The notes below the pieces were generated by a model, which did not search any database, was not told where the DNA came from, and was given only the letters and a program-made list of their open reading frames with translations. Below, piece by piece: positions 1 to 10,038 of a stretch of DNA of 64,000 nt. Positions within the stretch are counted from its first letter, which is position 1, and every line of letters starts with the position of its first letter. The stretch is from Candidatus Marinacidobacterales bacterium (GTDB taxonomy: Bacteria; Acidobacteriota; Vicinamibacteria; Marinacidobacterales; DATDRI01), in contig OZ244742.1 in the NCBI GenBank assembly GCA_965219415.1, positions 512,001 through 576,000 of the forward strand, in the 5' to 3' direction. A program made the position numbers and the translations under genes.

Positions 1-169
1 ATGCCCGATTCTCTTCCCTTCTCGTCCGGAGCGCAGTGATCCAGCCAGCATATTGCAATCTGCAATCCTCCTCGTTTCATTTCTAAACTCCTTGGATAGG
101 GATGCTGCTCACCGACACCAGGCCGCCCCCAGCGCTACACTGGAACCGGGGTTCCGGCGGAGGTGTGCA

Positions 170-763
170 ATGAACAACAATGACGAATCGGCAAAGCCCC
201 GACTCGGAACGCTTGGATTACCAGAAGCTTGGTCGATAGCAGTACAGCTCACCGGTACTTTCGGATTGGCCGTCTTCCTGGTGCTGTACTACGTGCTCTT
301 CATGCAACCCAAGGCGCAGGCCCGCTACGACCAGTTGACCCTCTCGGTCGACTCCTTAATCGAGGTCGTCGAGCGAGGACAAACCGTCGTAACAAGAGAA
401 CAAGGCGACCGGCTAGAAGAACTGTATATCTTGGCGGTGGCCCCGGAACTCGGAGATCGCTTAGAGCGGGTACTCCCCGACGGTGCGGTCTCTGCCGCCG
501 CGGCTTCCGGCTTGAGGCAGGAACTACGCACGAACCTCGAAGACGTCCTTATCGTGCGGTCTCGACTACTACGCGGATTGAGTCTTCGCGACAGCGGCGA
601 CGTATCTCAGATGCTCGTGGACAAGATACGAGAGCGGGATATTGCCGAACAATTGGCACGTCGAGCCGTGCTAGAGTGGCCGTTCGCCTCTCAAAAGGAT
701 GCCGTCAGCATGTGCAAAGAATCGTTGTACTTTGCCTTTCGCAGGACCGCGCTTGCGAAATGA
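170..763 (+). CDS. hypothetical protein with one N-terminal transmembrane helix
   Basis: ATG at 170 preceded by GGAGG; hydrophobic stretch IAVQLTGTFGLAVFLVLYYVLFM followed by a helical soluble domain. Confidence 0.6.
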   Translation: MNNNDESAKPRLGTLGLPEAWSIAVQLTGTFGLAVFLVLYYVLFMQPKAQARYDQLTLSVDSLIEVVERGQTVVTREQGDRLEELYILAVAPELGDRLERVLPDGAVSAAAASGLRQELRTNLEDVLIVRSRLLRGLSLRDSGDVSQMLVDKIRERDIAEQLARRAVLEWPFASQKDAVSMCKESLYFAFRRTALAK

Positions 764-856
764 CCGTGCGTCGGCAGGCGTGAGGACTCAGGCGAGGATT
801 GCTGGCGACGTCGGAGCCTAACCCCAGCTCACCATCGCCACCCCAAAAGGAGGGCG

Positions 857-1624
857 CTACGGATTGCTGACTGGACCTTGCCCGACCCTAAACGGTCCCT
901 CGATCACCAGCGGCTGATAACGATTGAGCCTCCATGCCTCGTAGAGCCCGAACCCGATGATCAGAAGACCGATGATATTCTCGACACCGGCCAGGAAAGG
1001 TATCGCCGCTACGAAGAGGACGAAAGCAACCAGCCCGACGAAAAAGTCACTCGGTGTAAGCGGTCCCTCCTCGGCTTCGAGCGCGCCCGCAGGGGTATTG
1101 AAGGAAATCACTTCTCCCTCCTCGACGCCCTCGTCACCGATGGAATCGAGGGATTGCGACTCCCCCGCGAGCTCCTCTTCCTCCCACGCCTCGAAAACGA
1201 ACGGAACGTAGGTGCTGACGATGGCTCCGTACGTAAGAACCACCGCGAGGGCTTGATACATCCATCCGCCGCGAGCGTAAGAGCCCCAGTTGACGGCGAC
1301 GCCGACCATGAAACCCACCAAGATCGCCAACAACCCGAACTCGTATCCCGTAAGCGCCAAGACCGCATAGTAGATGCCGGCACCGAGGGCTGCCGCCACA
1401 CTTCCTGCGAAAAGAGCGCGAAGGAATCGGCCCGCGGACGAACCGTTGTACCGTTGGTCCTCGACGGTATAACGACATTTTTGGCAGGCGCTTTGACCGT
1501 TTACGTCGAAGTAGGCATCGTGGATCTGCTCCTGACAAAACTCGCACCCGAGCTGTCCGGCGTTCCCGTCTACCTTTTCGAATCGGATATCTTCTGCAGG
1601 TTGTTGTACGTCGTTCTCGTTCAT
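857..1624 (-). CDS. membrane protein with N-terminal zinc-ribbon-like motif
   Basis: CEFC...CQKC motif followed by about 5 hydrophobic segments. Confidence 0.7.
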   Translation of the reverse strand: MNENDVQQPAEDIRFEKVDGNAGQLGCEFCQEQIHDAYFDVNGQSACQKCRYTVEDQRYNGSSAGRFLRALFAGSVAAALGAGIYYAVLALTGYEFGLLAILVGFMVGVAVNWGSYARGGWMYQALAVVLTYGAIVSTYVPFVFEAWEEEELAGESQSLDSIGDEGVEEGEVISFNTPAGALEAEEGPLTPSDFFVGLVAFVLFVAAIPFLAGVENIIGLLIIGFGLYEAWRLNRYQPLVIEGPFRVGQGPVSNP

Positions 1625-1830
1625 CGTCGCGCTCCGGTAACGTGGCCGAAACCCCACAGGGATGGCCGGCTAAACCCACTAACTCGCGTATTGGACTTTC
1701 AAAATGGGAAGATCTCGTCGTTTCGGTAGATCTAAGCAAGAAGGACGCCAGACTGAAGTTTGGCTGGACGACCGGGCGCGTGCTAAGCCCCCATTGACGG
1801 GCGGCATACCGTATGCGATAAGACAGTCCG

Positions 1831-4074
1831 ATGAGGGCCCGGTGCCTCCTAGGTTGCTCCCTGATAGCCTTCAGCTTCGCAGGGCTCGTCACCGCTCAGC
1901 AGGACGGAAGCCGGCAGACTGAGCGGGCGTCGCGAAGGCTAACAGCAATCCGTATCAGTATCCCCATCGTCATCGACGGTTCGCTCGACGAGTCCGCCTG
2001 GGAAGCAGCGTCCCCGGCGTCGGGATTCATTCAAAACGAGCCTCACGAAGGCGAACCGGCGACCTTCGACACCCTGGTCAAAGTCGTATACGACAACGAC
2101 TACCTCTATTTGGGAGTGCTGGCCCTCGATGACGATCCGGACCGCATCCGGCTCACCGACATCACACGCGATTTCAACATCAGCTCCGGTGATGCTTTCG
2201 GCGTGGTCCTCGATACTTTCCTCGACCATCGGAACGGATACATCTTCCAAACTAATCCCGGGGGGGCGAAGTACGACGCCCAATTCTTCAACGAGGGCGC
2301 CGAGCACAACGTGAACTGGGACGCCGTTTGGCAGGTGGCCAGTACCGTGGGTGGACGAGGCTGGACGACCGAGATTGCCATACCGTTCAAATCCTTGAAT
2401 TTCCGTGACCAGCCGCTTCAAGCCTGGGGGATCAACTTCGTACGGAGAGTCCGGCGCCTCAACGAGGAAAGTTACTGGTCGCCGCTTCCACGGATTCACC
2501 GGCTCCCCCGCGTTTCTCTGGCCGGCACGTTGGAAGGCCTTCAGGGCACGAAGCCAGGACGGAACATCAAGGTGACGCCGTATGCAAAAGGTGATCTGAC
2601 CGAGACTCGGATAACGGGTAGGACCGAGGACCTCGACGGCGGGCTCGATGCCAAGCTGGGGATTGGAACCGGTCTCACTCTGGATCTGACGGTCAACACA
2701 GACTTCTCACAGGTCGAGGCCGACGTACAGCAAGTCAACCTTACACGTTTCAGCCTTTTCCTTCCCGAGAAAAGAGAGTTCTTCCTCGAGAACTCCGGGA
2801 TCTTCCGCTTCGGGTCACCGGAGGAACAGAGGGTCCAGTTGGCCCGCGCCCAGTTCGGTTCCCTCCTGGTCGGCTCCAACATCCGGGGCGCCCAAGCGCG
2901 TGGCGACGACCTTCTCTTGTTCTTCAGCCGCCGTATCGGGCTCTCTGAGATAGGCACGCCCATTCCCATTATCGCCGGAGCACGCCTAACTGGGCGGGCT
3001 GGACCCTACCAACTCGGCCTGCTCACGATTCAGACCGATGCCCTCGAGCCATTCGTGAACGAGGAGAATTTCACCGTGCTCCGCGTCAAACGCGACGTCT
3101 TCGCCAACTCCAACGTAGGCGCCATGTTCATCAACCGGGCTACGACGGGTTCACCCCACTACAATCGAAGCTTCGGCGTCGACGCCAATTTTCGCCTGGG
3201 TCAGAAGGCGGAGATCCTCGGGTATATTGCAAAAACGGAGACGCCCGGGCTCGAAGGAGACGACTTGGCGGGCCGGGTGGCGTTCAACTATGACGGGAGT
3301 TTCGTAAACCTCCGGACATCGGTATCAAGCCTGCAGGACGATTTCAATCCGGAGGTCGGTTTCGCCCCGCGGGTCGGTGTCCGGCGAGGCAGCGCGTACG
3401 TCGGATTCCATATCCGACAGCCGTTTTGGAGGGGATGGATCCGTGAGATCAACGCCCATAGTGAGTTCGACTATTTTACCGATCAGGGGGGCGAGCTGGT
3501 TAACCGGTATTTCAACATCCACATTCCGTTTTACTTGCAGAGCGGTGGCATCTTCGAGATCGGCCGAAACGAGACTTTGGACCTGACACTCGAGCCCTTC
3601 GCCATCCACCCCACTACCATCGTAAGTGCCGGCCTCTATGACTTCACGGAGTACTTCGCCTTTTACTACACCGATCCGAGCCGTACGCTCTCGGGCAACT
3701 TCCGGGCCGGCTACGGCGACTTCTTCTCGGGAACGAAGCGGGATTGGACGGTCGGTGGAACGGTCCGGTTGGGCGCCAATCTCAACGCCCAGGTCATCTG
3801 GTCGACGAATGATGTGGATCTAGCGGAGGGAAGCTTCATAACCCATTTGGCGACCAGCCAGTTCAACTACTCCTTCAGCAACCGCATGTTTCTCAATGGT
3901 CTCATTCAATACAACACCGTGCTCGATCAATGGAGCAGCAACATTCGTTTCAACTGGATTCACCGACCGCTGTCCAATTTTTTCCTGGTTTACAACGAGC
4001 GCCGTGACGCCGTAACCGGCGCGCGATTGGACCGCGCCTTGATCGCGAAATTCACCTATCTCCTCGATTTCTAG
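1831..4074 (+). CDS. secreted/outer-membrane protein, CBM9-like sugar-binding domain plus DUF5916
   Basis: signal peptide; IDGSLDESAW, WTTEIAIPFKSL, TVNTDFSQVEAD, LPEKREFFLE motifs; C-terminal Phe. Confidence 0.85.
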   Translation: MRARCLLGCSLIAFSFAGLVTAQQDGSRQTERASRRLTAIRISIPIVIDGSLDESAWEAASPASGFIQNEPHEGEPATFDTLVKVVYDNDYLYLGVLALDDDPDRIRLTDITRDFNISSGDAFGVVLDTFLDHRNGYIFQTNPGGAKYDAQFFNEGAEHNVNWDAVWQVASTVGGRGWTTEIAIPFKSLNFRDQPLQAWGINFVRRVRRLNEESYWSPLPRIHRLPRVSLAGTLEGLQGTKPGRNIKVTPYAKGDLTETRITGRTEDLDGGLDAKLGIGTGLTLDLTVNTDFSQVEADVQQVNLTRFSLFLPEKREFFLENSGIFRFGSPEEQRVQLARAQFGSLLVGSNIRGAQARGDDLLLFFSRRIGLSEIGTPIPIIAGARLTGRAGPYQLGLLTIQTDALEPFVNEENFTVLRVKRDVFANSNVGAMFINRATTGSPHYNRSFGVDANFRLGQKAEILGYIAKTETPGLEGDDLAGRVAFNYDGSFVNLRTSVSSLQDDFNPEVGFAPRVGVRRGSAYVGFHIRQPFWRGWIREINAHSEFDYFTDQGGELVNRYFNIHIPFYLQSGGIFEIGRNETLDLTLEPFAIHPTTIVSAGLYDFTEYFAFYYTDPSRTLSGNFRAGYGDFFSGTKRDWTVGGTVRLGANLNAQVIWSTNDVDLAEGSFITHLATSQFNYSFSNRMFLNGLIQYNTVLDQWSSNIRFNWIHRPLSNFFLVYNERRDAVTGARLDRALIAKFTYLLDF

Positions 4075-4167
4075 CGGTGACCCGGGCGGAATGCACAACC
4101 ACCAAGCTGTGGTCGAATGAGACTAATGCTTGACGGATGAGACTACCGCAAGCCAGTATATGCGCGA

Positions 4168-5610
4168 GTGCCAACTGAATCCGACAATCCCCAAAGCCTA
4201 GTCCGAGGACTGGTGCCCCCGTTACGCGGTCCCGAAACCCTTCGAGATGCGGCTTCTAGCGTGGACCTGTTCGGTCATCTCGAGCGGAGCATTCGAGAGG
4301 GCGTCCCCAAGAAAAGAGTTCCTGCGATCCATCGACGAGTTGCGCCCCTTGGTTTACGGAGGCGCTCTGCGATGACTATCGCGATCCTTACTATGCGAGA
4401 CTCCTCCTACCTGAAGTTGACGAATTTCCTCATATCCAGGTACCACTACGTTTGCCAACATCTCTATCTGATCTCAAAGCCCGTCACACTTATGGTGGAT
4501 CCTTCGAATGCCTGCCAGCTTCGCTGCCCCGCTTGTGTGCACTCGACGAACGAGGAGTTCACGAAGGGATTTCTTTGGCCAAGTGGGATAATGAAGGTGC
4601 CTGCTTATCGCAGCCTGCTACGAGATCTCGGACCGTTCGCTCTCAGCACGGTTCTCTTCAACTACGGGGACCCCCTGCTTCATCGGGAAATAGCCGATTT
4701 CGTCCTTGCCGCCAACAGCTAGGCCATATCTTCCTTTTTCTCCTCGAATGTGTCGATGAAGTTCGATGTGGATCGGTTCGTCAAGGCCGGACCGGACCAC
4801 ATCATTCTATCCATTGATGGCATCACTCAGGACTCATACGAAAAGTTTCGCAAGCGCGGAGATCTGTCTCTTGCGCTTGCCAACGTACAACGGCTCGTCG
4901 CCGCAAAAAGAAAGTACGGCTTCAATAGGCCGATTCTTTCGTGGCGGTTCTTCACTTTCGAGCACAACCTTTATGAAGTCGATCGGGCCATCGAGATGGC
5001 CCGAGAGCTCGGCGTCGACTACATGCTAATCAGCACGCCCAGTGACGTCTCCGGAGATGATCCCGACGTGCAGGTGGCAACGAGCGAGCGCGAGGGAGTG
5101 TACGGGTTCACGGATCCGCAGATGACTCGCCGGGAACCTAGGCGGATCCTGGACCTGCTAGCTCGATACGACGAAGTCGACCACCTCTTTGCCGAGGATT
5201 GGTTGGCGCGAGCTGGCGAGGAGTCTCTCAACGAAACCAATGTGGGGTCGGGCACCTGCCTGTGGCTCTATTACAACATGACGGTCGACGCCATCGGCCG
5301 GGTCATGCCTTGCTGCATCGTTCCCAAAACTTACGAGAAGTTAGTGTTCGGAGACCTATCCGAAAAGCATCCCGATCCATTCAACACGGAGTCCTACATC
5401 CGGGCACGACTGAGCTTCGCCGATAGACGGCTCTTCGAGGAGTCATCTGACGCGACAGATGGTCAGCAGCCACCGTACTGCTCCATCTGTCCCAAACCGC
5501 CTCCGCTCACCTACAGCCCCGTTAACAGGCTCCAAGACCTGCTCGACCTCGACTTCCGCAAGGCCATCATGGATCCCAACAACGAGCTTCCGTGGAAAAT
5601 GTTCACCTGA
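4168..5610 (+). CDS. radical SAM protein with SPASM/twitch domain, interrupted by in-frame TAG at 4720-4722
   Basis: CQLRCPAC motif, NYGDPLL, SIDG, C-terminal C...GRVMPCC...CSIC; ORFs 4168-4722 and 4750-5610 are in the same frame. Confidence 0.8.
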
Positions 5611-5613
5611 GGC

Positions 5614-7396
5614 GTGTCGCGGAGTACCACCCTCAAGGGAACGACCAGGCTTAGTTCATCCCGCCAGGATGCCAGCACGGGGGTCTCGTCCGCTCGCGGC
5701 GAGCTCCGAACCTCGGCAAGGGTCGTCCTCACGGGTAGCACCCCAATCACGGGAACTCTCCACGGCGGCTCCAAGTTATGGAACCAGAAGAGCTATGACT
5801 TGAGCTCGGTGGCCTACATCAGGGTGAAGCTCGCTGTCTCGCCCGCGAAACAAGAGCCGGCGAATCTACTGCTAAACGTCGTGGGATCAGCCGAAAGGGC
5901 GGAGGAACTTCTTTCCATCTATTCTACGGAACCTCAACGCAAGGTCGGCCTCTTCACGGACGCAAAACCGCATGTTTACCTCATCGACGTCAGATCCTTA
6001 AGCGTATCTGGTGGCGAACGAACGGCTGCCCACTTGGTGTTCGCGCCGATGGACGTGTCCGGGAGCTTCGCGCTTCACGAGATCGAGCTTCTGTACGAGC
6101 CCGACTACCGCCAGGTGGGGCCTGTCCGCGAAGATGCGGTGATCGGAGACACGCTACAGCCGAGCTTCGTTTTTGGTGGAGGAGACACCGAGCTCCTTTT
6201 CAGCGTGGAGCTTCCGTCGCGGAGCCGACTTCATTTCTCGACCGCACGCCGCGAGGGAGGCGTCCCGGCAACCATGGAGGTGGACCTCCGGGCCAACGAA
6301 ACATGGGAGTCCTTGTTTCGAGGAGTCATCGACACCGAAACATGGGCGGACCAACACCGTCGAGCTGGTTCGCTTCGGAGACCGCTCCATCGATCTCCGC
6401 TTCACCATGAGGGCCGGCGGAGACGATGGCGTCTACTACCTCGGTTCACCGCTGGTGGCGGAACACTCACCGGAAGCCCCCATCGTCATCGTCTACCTCG
6501 TGGACACGTTGAGGGCCGATCATCTTTCGGCATACGGGTATTCCCGACCAACCAGCCCGAACCTCGAGGCATTCGCTCGAAGCGCCACCCTGTTCGAGAA
6601 CTGCTACTCTCAGGCCACTTGGACCAAGCCGTCGGTCACCTCTTTGTTTACGGGCCTGGCACCCGATGCTCACCGTGCCGGAGAGCACGGCCAGGCGCTG
6701 TCGACGAGCATCCCGACCCTGGGGCGGCTCTTCCGAAATGCAGGCTTCGTCGCGGTGAGTGTCATCGCGAATGCGCACGCCGGTTGAAGCTCGAACCTTC
6801 ATGGCGGCTTCGACCGAGTAGTGGACCGAAGTGCGGATGGCTCTTCCTCGACCGACGCCCGAGCGGTGCAGGCCGGCTTGAAGTCGGCCATCGAGAGGCA
6901 CCGTGACGAGCCGCTGTTGCTCTACGGCCACCTCATCGATCCCCACCTTCCTTACGCAGACCCCGGCGGCTGGGCCGACCGATTCAACGATGGCCAGACG
7001 ACCGAAGAGATCGCTGCCTACGACGGAGAGATCCGGTACATGGACGAGGCCTTCGGTGCCCTGGTGGACGAGCCAAGAGCCAGCGGTGTCCTGGATCGCG
7101 CCATCATCGTCTTTACGTCCGATCACGGTGAGAACTTCCGGCACGGTCTCTCGGTACCACACGGCGCGACCCTGGAGCAATCGGAAACGCGGGTCCCTCT
7201 CATCTTTTTCGGGAGAACCCATTTTCCCGAGGGGGTGCGGGTCACCACCAACGTCCAACTCGTCGACGTCCTGCCAACTCTCCTCGATCTGAACCACATC
7301 GAGTCACCCACGATGGACGGCCGCTCTCTCCTCGGTTTGGTGACCGGCGCCCCGTTTCTCGTTGGTAGCCAAAAGAAGAGAGTCGGTCGGCCCTGA
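5614..7396 (+). pseudogene. sulfatase-family protein (frameshift near 6350, in-frame TGA 6785-6787, C-terminus lost at about 7350)
   Basis: VDTLRADHLSAYGYSRPTSPNL, WTKPSVTSLFTG, DPHLPY, YDGEI, SDHGE, VQLVDVLPT, DGRSL motifs across three ORF pieces. Confidence 0.75.
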
Positions 7397-7631
7397 GCGT
7401 GTCGATGCCGATTAGGATGACGCGCTGGGGACTTTCCGCTCCCGCCACCGGTGGCAGAGCCGTCGTTGCCCCTCCCGGCGCGTCGGCGATTGCTTTCGCG
7501 TCGTTGCCAGCCCCCGCGCCGCTGCCGCTCCCGGAACTGAACCAGAATCCCAGACCCATACCGACCAGGGCCGCGATCGCAGCGACGGCCAACAGTGTGC
7601 GCATACCGAAGGAAAATCTCACATTGTCCAT
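7350..7631 (-). pseudogene. 5' fragment of a second sulfatase-family gene
   Basis: RBS AAGGAAGG + ATG 7631, signal/anchor peptide, then VILIGIDTLRADRLSSFGYQRET, after which similarity stops. Confidence 0.75.
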
Positions 7632-7764
7632 CGTAGTTCCTTCCTTTGATGACGTGGTTCCATCCTCAAAGCCCTCGCTTCGAGCGTTGGTCAGACGATT
7701 GCAGCGAGAGTAGTTCAGGTCTTCGCGGCGCCACACCGCTCGCTATTTGGGGAACAGATGGTAA

Positions 7765-7776
7765 TATTGTACAATA
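7765..7776. promoter_or_regulatory. perfect palindrome TATTGTACAATA in AT-rich divergent intergenic region (possible GntR-type operator)
   Basis: 12-bp palindrome between divergent sulfatase-like genes; regulator assignment is inference. Confidence 0.35.
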
Positions 7777-7857
7777 GTTTTAGTTTTCAAGTCCCAATAT
7801 CAAACCTGAATTGCGGTGTTCGACAAAAAGCAATCCTCCACAACGTAGATCTACGTA

Positions 7858-9978
7858 TTGAATCTCGATCATTTGCTGCGATCCTTGGAGAGAATGGTGC
7901 GGGCAGCCGAGTGCGGAATCTTTGCAATGGCTAACGCCGTGACGCGAATGCGCTCAGTCTTGGCCGGCATCCCGTGGCGCCGCGCCATCCCACCGCGCAG
8001 TGGTTGGCTCCGCCTCTTCGCCTCGCCCTTGAGCTATATCTTCGCCGCCAGCTTCTTGTTGACCGCCATCGCAAAAACGACGGTGCTGGCACGCCACGAA
8101 GACGTTTCGTCCTGGCTGTTGCACGTCCCCTGGGCCGTTTCCAACGACGCATTCGTCTACTTCGGTCTCGCCGCGCATTTCGCCGCCGTCGAAGCCCGCT
8201 TGCCGGCGATCCGCGGCGTCACATTCCCGCTCGCGGGACTGATCGGATTCATCGGTCTCGTCAACGCTTGGTATCTGAGCGTTGCCGGTTGGCAGCTCAA
8301 CGCCGACATTGTGAGCGTTGGCATCCAACGACTGGACGACACGCTGCAAATCGCCGGCGAACAAGTGTCGAGCATGGTGACCGTCGTCATCTTGGTTCTA
8401 TCCATCGCCGTCGCGATCCCGATCGCCCTTCGCTACCTCCTTTTTCGCACCAAGGGGCCGTGCAAGACGCTCGAGCATGGACGCGAGCGCGCCCATTGCG
8501 CTCTAGCAGCGGCGCTCTTGGGCGGGCTGATGTCCCTCGTCCTGCCAACGCCGCTTTTTTTTGGCGCGCAAGAGTTGGGCAGTAACGCAGCGGTGTACAC
8601 CTACTGGACTTGGGCAACGCAAAGAGACCCGGATAACTTTGTTGGCTACGATCCACCCTACCTGGTCAGCGAAGAAGAGCTGGGCCGCTTCGGCGATAAA
8701 GAGGACCGACCCAACATCCTCATCGTGATCCTAGAGTCGATCCGCTACGACCATACTTCCTTGGCGCCTCCCGACTATGCTAAGGGAACGGCAACGCCGA
8801 ATCTTTCGTTCATGGCCAAACGCGGAACCAGCGCGAGCTATGCCCGGGCCGTAGTACCGCACACGACGAAGTCGATTTTCGCAGTTCTCTGTGGCCGCTA
8901 TCCGCTTTTGCAGACGCGGACTCTCGAACAGTCCGACAATATTGCGGTGCAATGCCTACCGCGCATTCTCAGTGACACCGGTTACCGCACGGCGTTTTTT
9001 CAGAGCGCGCGCGGCACTTTCGAATTTAGGCCGCGGGTCGTCGAAAAGCTCGGTTACCAGCAATTTTCAGCGTGGGAAGATATACAGGGCGAGCCCGTGG
9101 GATATTTTTCTTCCGACGACGAGAGCTTGGCACCAGTGTTCTCGACATGGCTCGACGCCGGCAAAGACACAACAGGAAAAAGTGGTGCACGAGCACCGTT
9201 CATGGTGACGATTCTAACCTCGACGACCCACCATCCTTACCGCTTGCCCGAGCGGGTTCGCCAGCGCGTCGAAAAAAGCGGCACTGCCAGCGGAAGCGAC
9301 GAGGAGAACTACGCGCGCCTTGTCGAGAGTCAAGACCACATGCTGGGCGCCTTGTTAAAGACCCTGGACGAGCGAGGCTTGCGCGAATCCACCATCGTCG
9401 TAGCCTTGGGCGATCACGGCGAGGGTTTTGGTCACAAGGGCGTGGGCCAACACGACGCCAACGCCTTTGAGGAAGGCTTGCACGTGCCACTCGTGTTCAG
9501 CGGCCCGGGAGTTCCGCAAAAAACAATCGAGGACAACGTCACCCTGGCCGACGTGACGCCGACGTTGATGGGACTCTTGGGTCTGCGTTTGGCAGAAGAC
9601 GCCAAGGGCAACGTGATAGGAATGGATATCCTCAGTACCAAAGTCCCCCGCCGCGTGCTCTATTTTTCGTGTTGGTTCGAAACCGTATGCGAAGGTTTTG
9701 TCATCGGACGGGAAAAGGTAATCTATGCGCCCCAGATGAAGGCCGGCTGGTACTTCGATCTCGCCGCCGACTCCCTCGAAAAGCAGCCGCGCGAAATTCC
9801 TTTTCACCTGCGGGCTCGCCTGCCCGCAATGCATCGAGAACTCGACGCCTACCGGGCCGCGCGCAATTTCCCCGTCGAACTCGGGCCGGTGATGTATGAC
9901 TATCATCCTTGGCAGTGCACGCCGGGCCGGCCGTGTACCCATCCCAATGCTCGGCCCATTCGTTTCGACGAGTTTTGA
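7858..9978 (+). CDS. membrane-anchored sulfatase-like/LTA synthase (LtaS) family protein (start uncertain)
   Basis: about 5 N-terminal TM segments; PNILIVILES, VPHTTKS, THHPY, GDHGE, LADVTPT motifs. Confidence 0.8.
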   Translation: MNLDHLLRSLERMVRAAECGIFAMANAVTRMRSVLAGIPWRRAIPPRSGWLRLFASPLSYIFAASFLLTAIAKTTVLARHEDVSSWLLHVPWAVSNDAFVYFGLAAHFAAVEARLPAIRGVTFPLAGLIGFIGLVNAWYLSVAGWQLNADIVSVGIQRLDDTLQIAGEQVSSMVTVVILVLSIAVAIPIALRYLLFRTKGPCKTLEHGRERAHCALAAALLGGLMSLVLPTPLFFGAQELGSNAAVYTYWTWATQRDPDNFVGYDPPYLVSEEELGRFGDKEDRPNILIVILESIRYDHTSLAPPDYAKGTATPNLSFMAKRGTSASYARAVVPHTTKSIFAVLCGRYPLLQTRTLEQSDNIAVQCLPRILSDTGYRTAFFQSARGTFEFRPRVVEKLGYQQFSAWEDIQGEPVGYFSSDDESLAPVFSTWLDAGKDTTGKSGARAPFMVTILTSTTHHPYRLPERVRQRVEKSGTASGSDEENYARLVESQDHMLGALLKTLDERGLRESTIVVALGDHGEGFGHKGVGQHDANAFEEGLHVPLVFSGPGVPQKTIEDNVTLADVTPTLMGLLGLRLAEDAKGNVIGMDILSTKVPRRVLYFSCWFETVCEGFVIGREKVIYAPQMKAGWYFDLAADSLEKQPREIPFHLRARLPAMHRELDAYRAARNFPVELGPVMYDYHPWQCTPGRPCTHPNARPIRFDEF

Positions 9979-10038
9979 GGACCGTGCGGGACCTGGAGAG
10001 CGGCGAAATCACTAGCGCTTTTGACGCTGCAAATTTTA

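Noticed and set aside
1-80. Possible minus-strand gene start (AAGGAG RBS, ATG at 80, MKRGGLQ...)
   Set aside because: Only 26 codons lie in the window; nothing to identify.
4117-4145. Direct repeat ATGAGACTA x2 upstream of the radical SAM gene
   Set aside because: Only two 9-bp copies with no convincing promoter geometry; may be chance.
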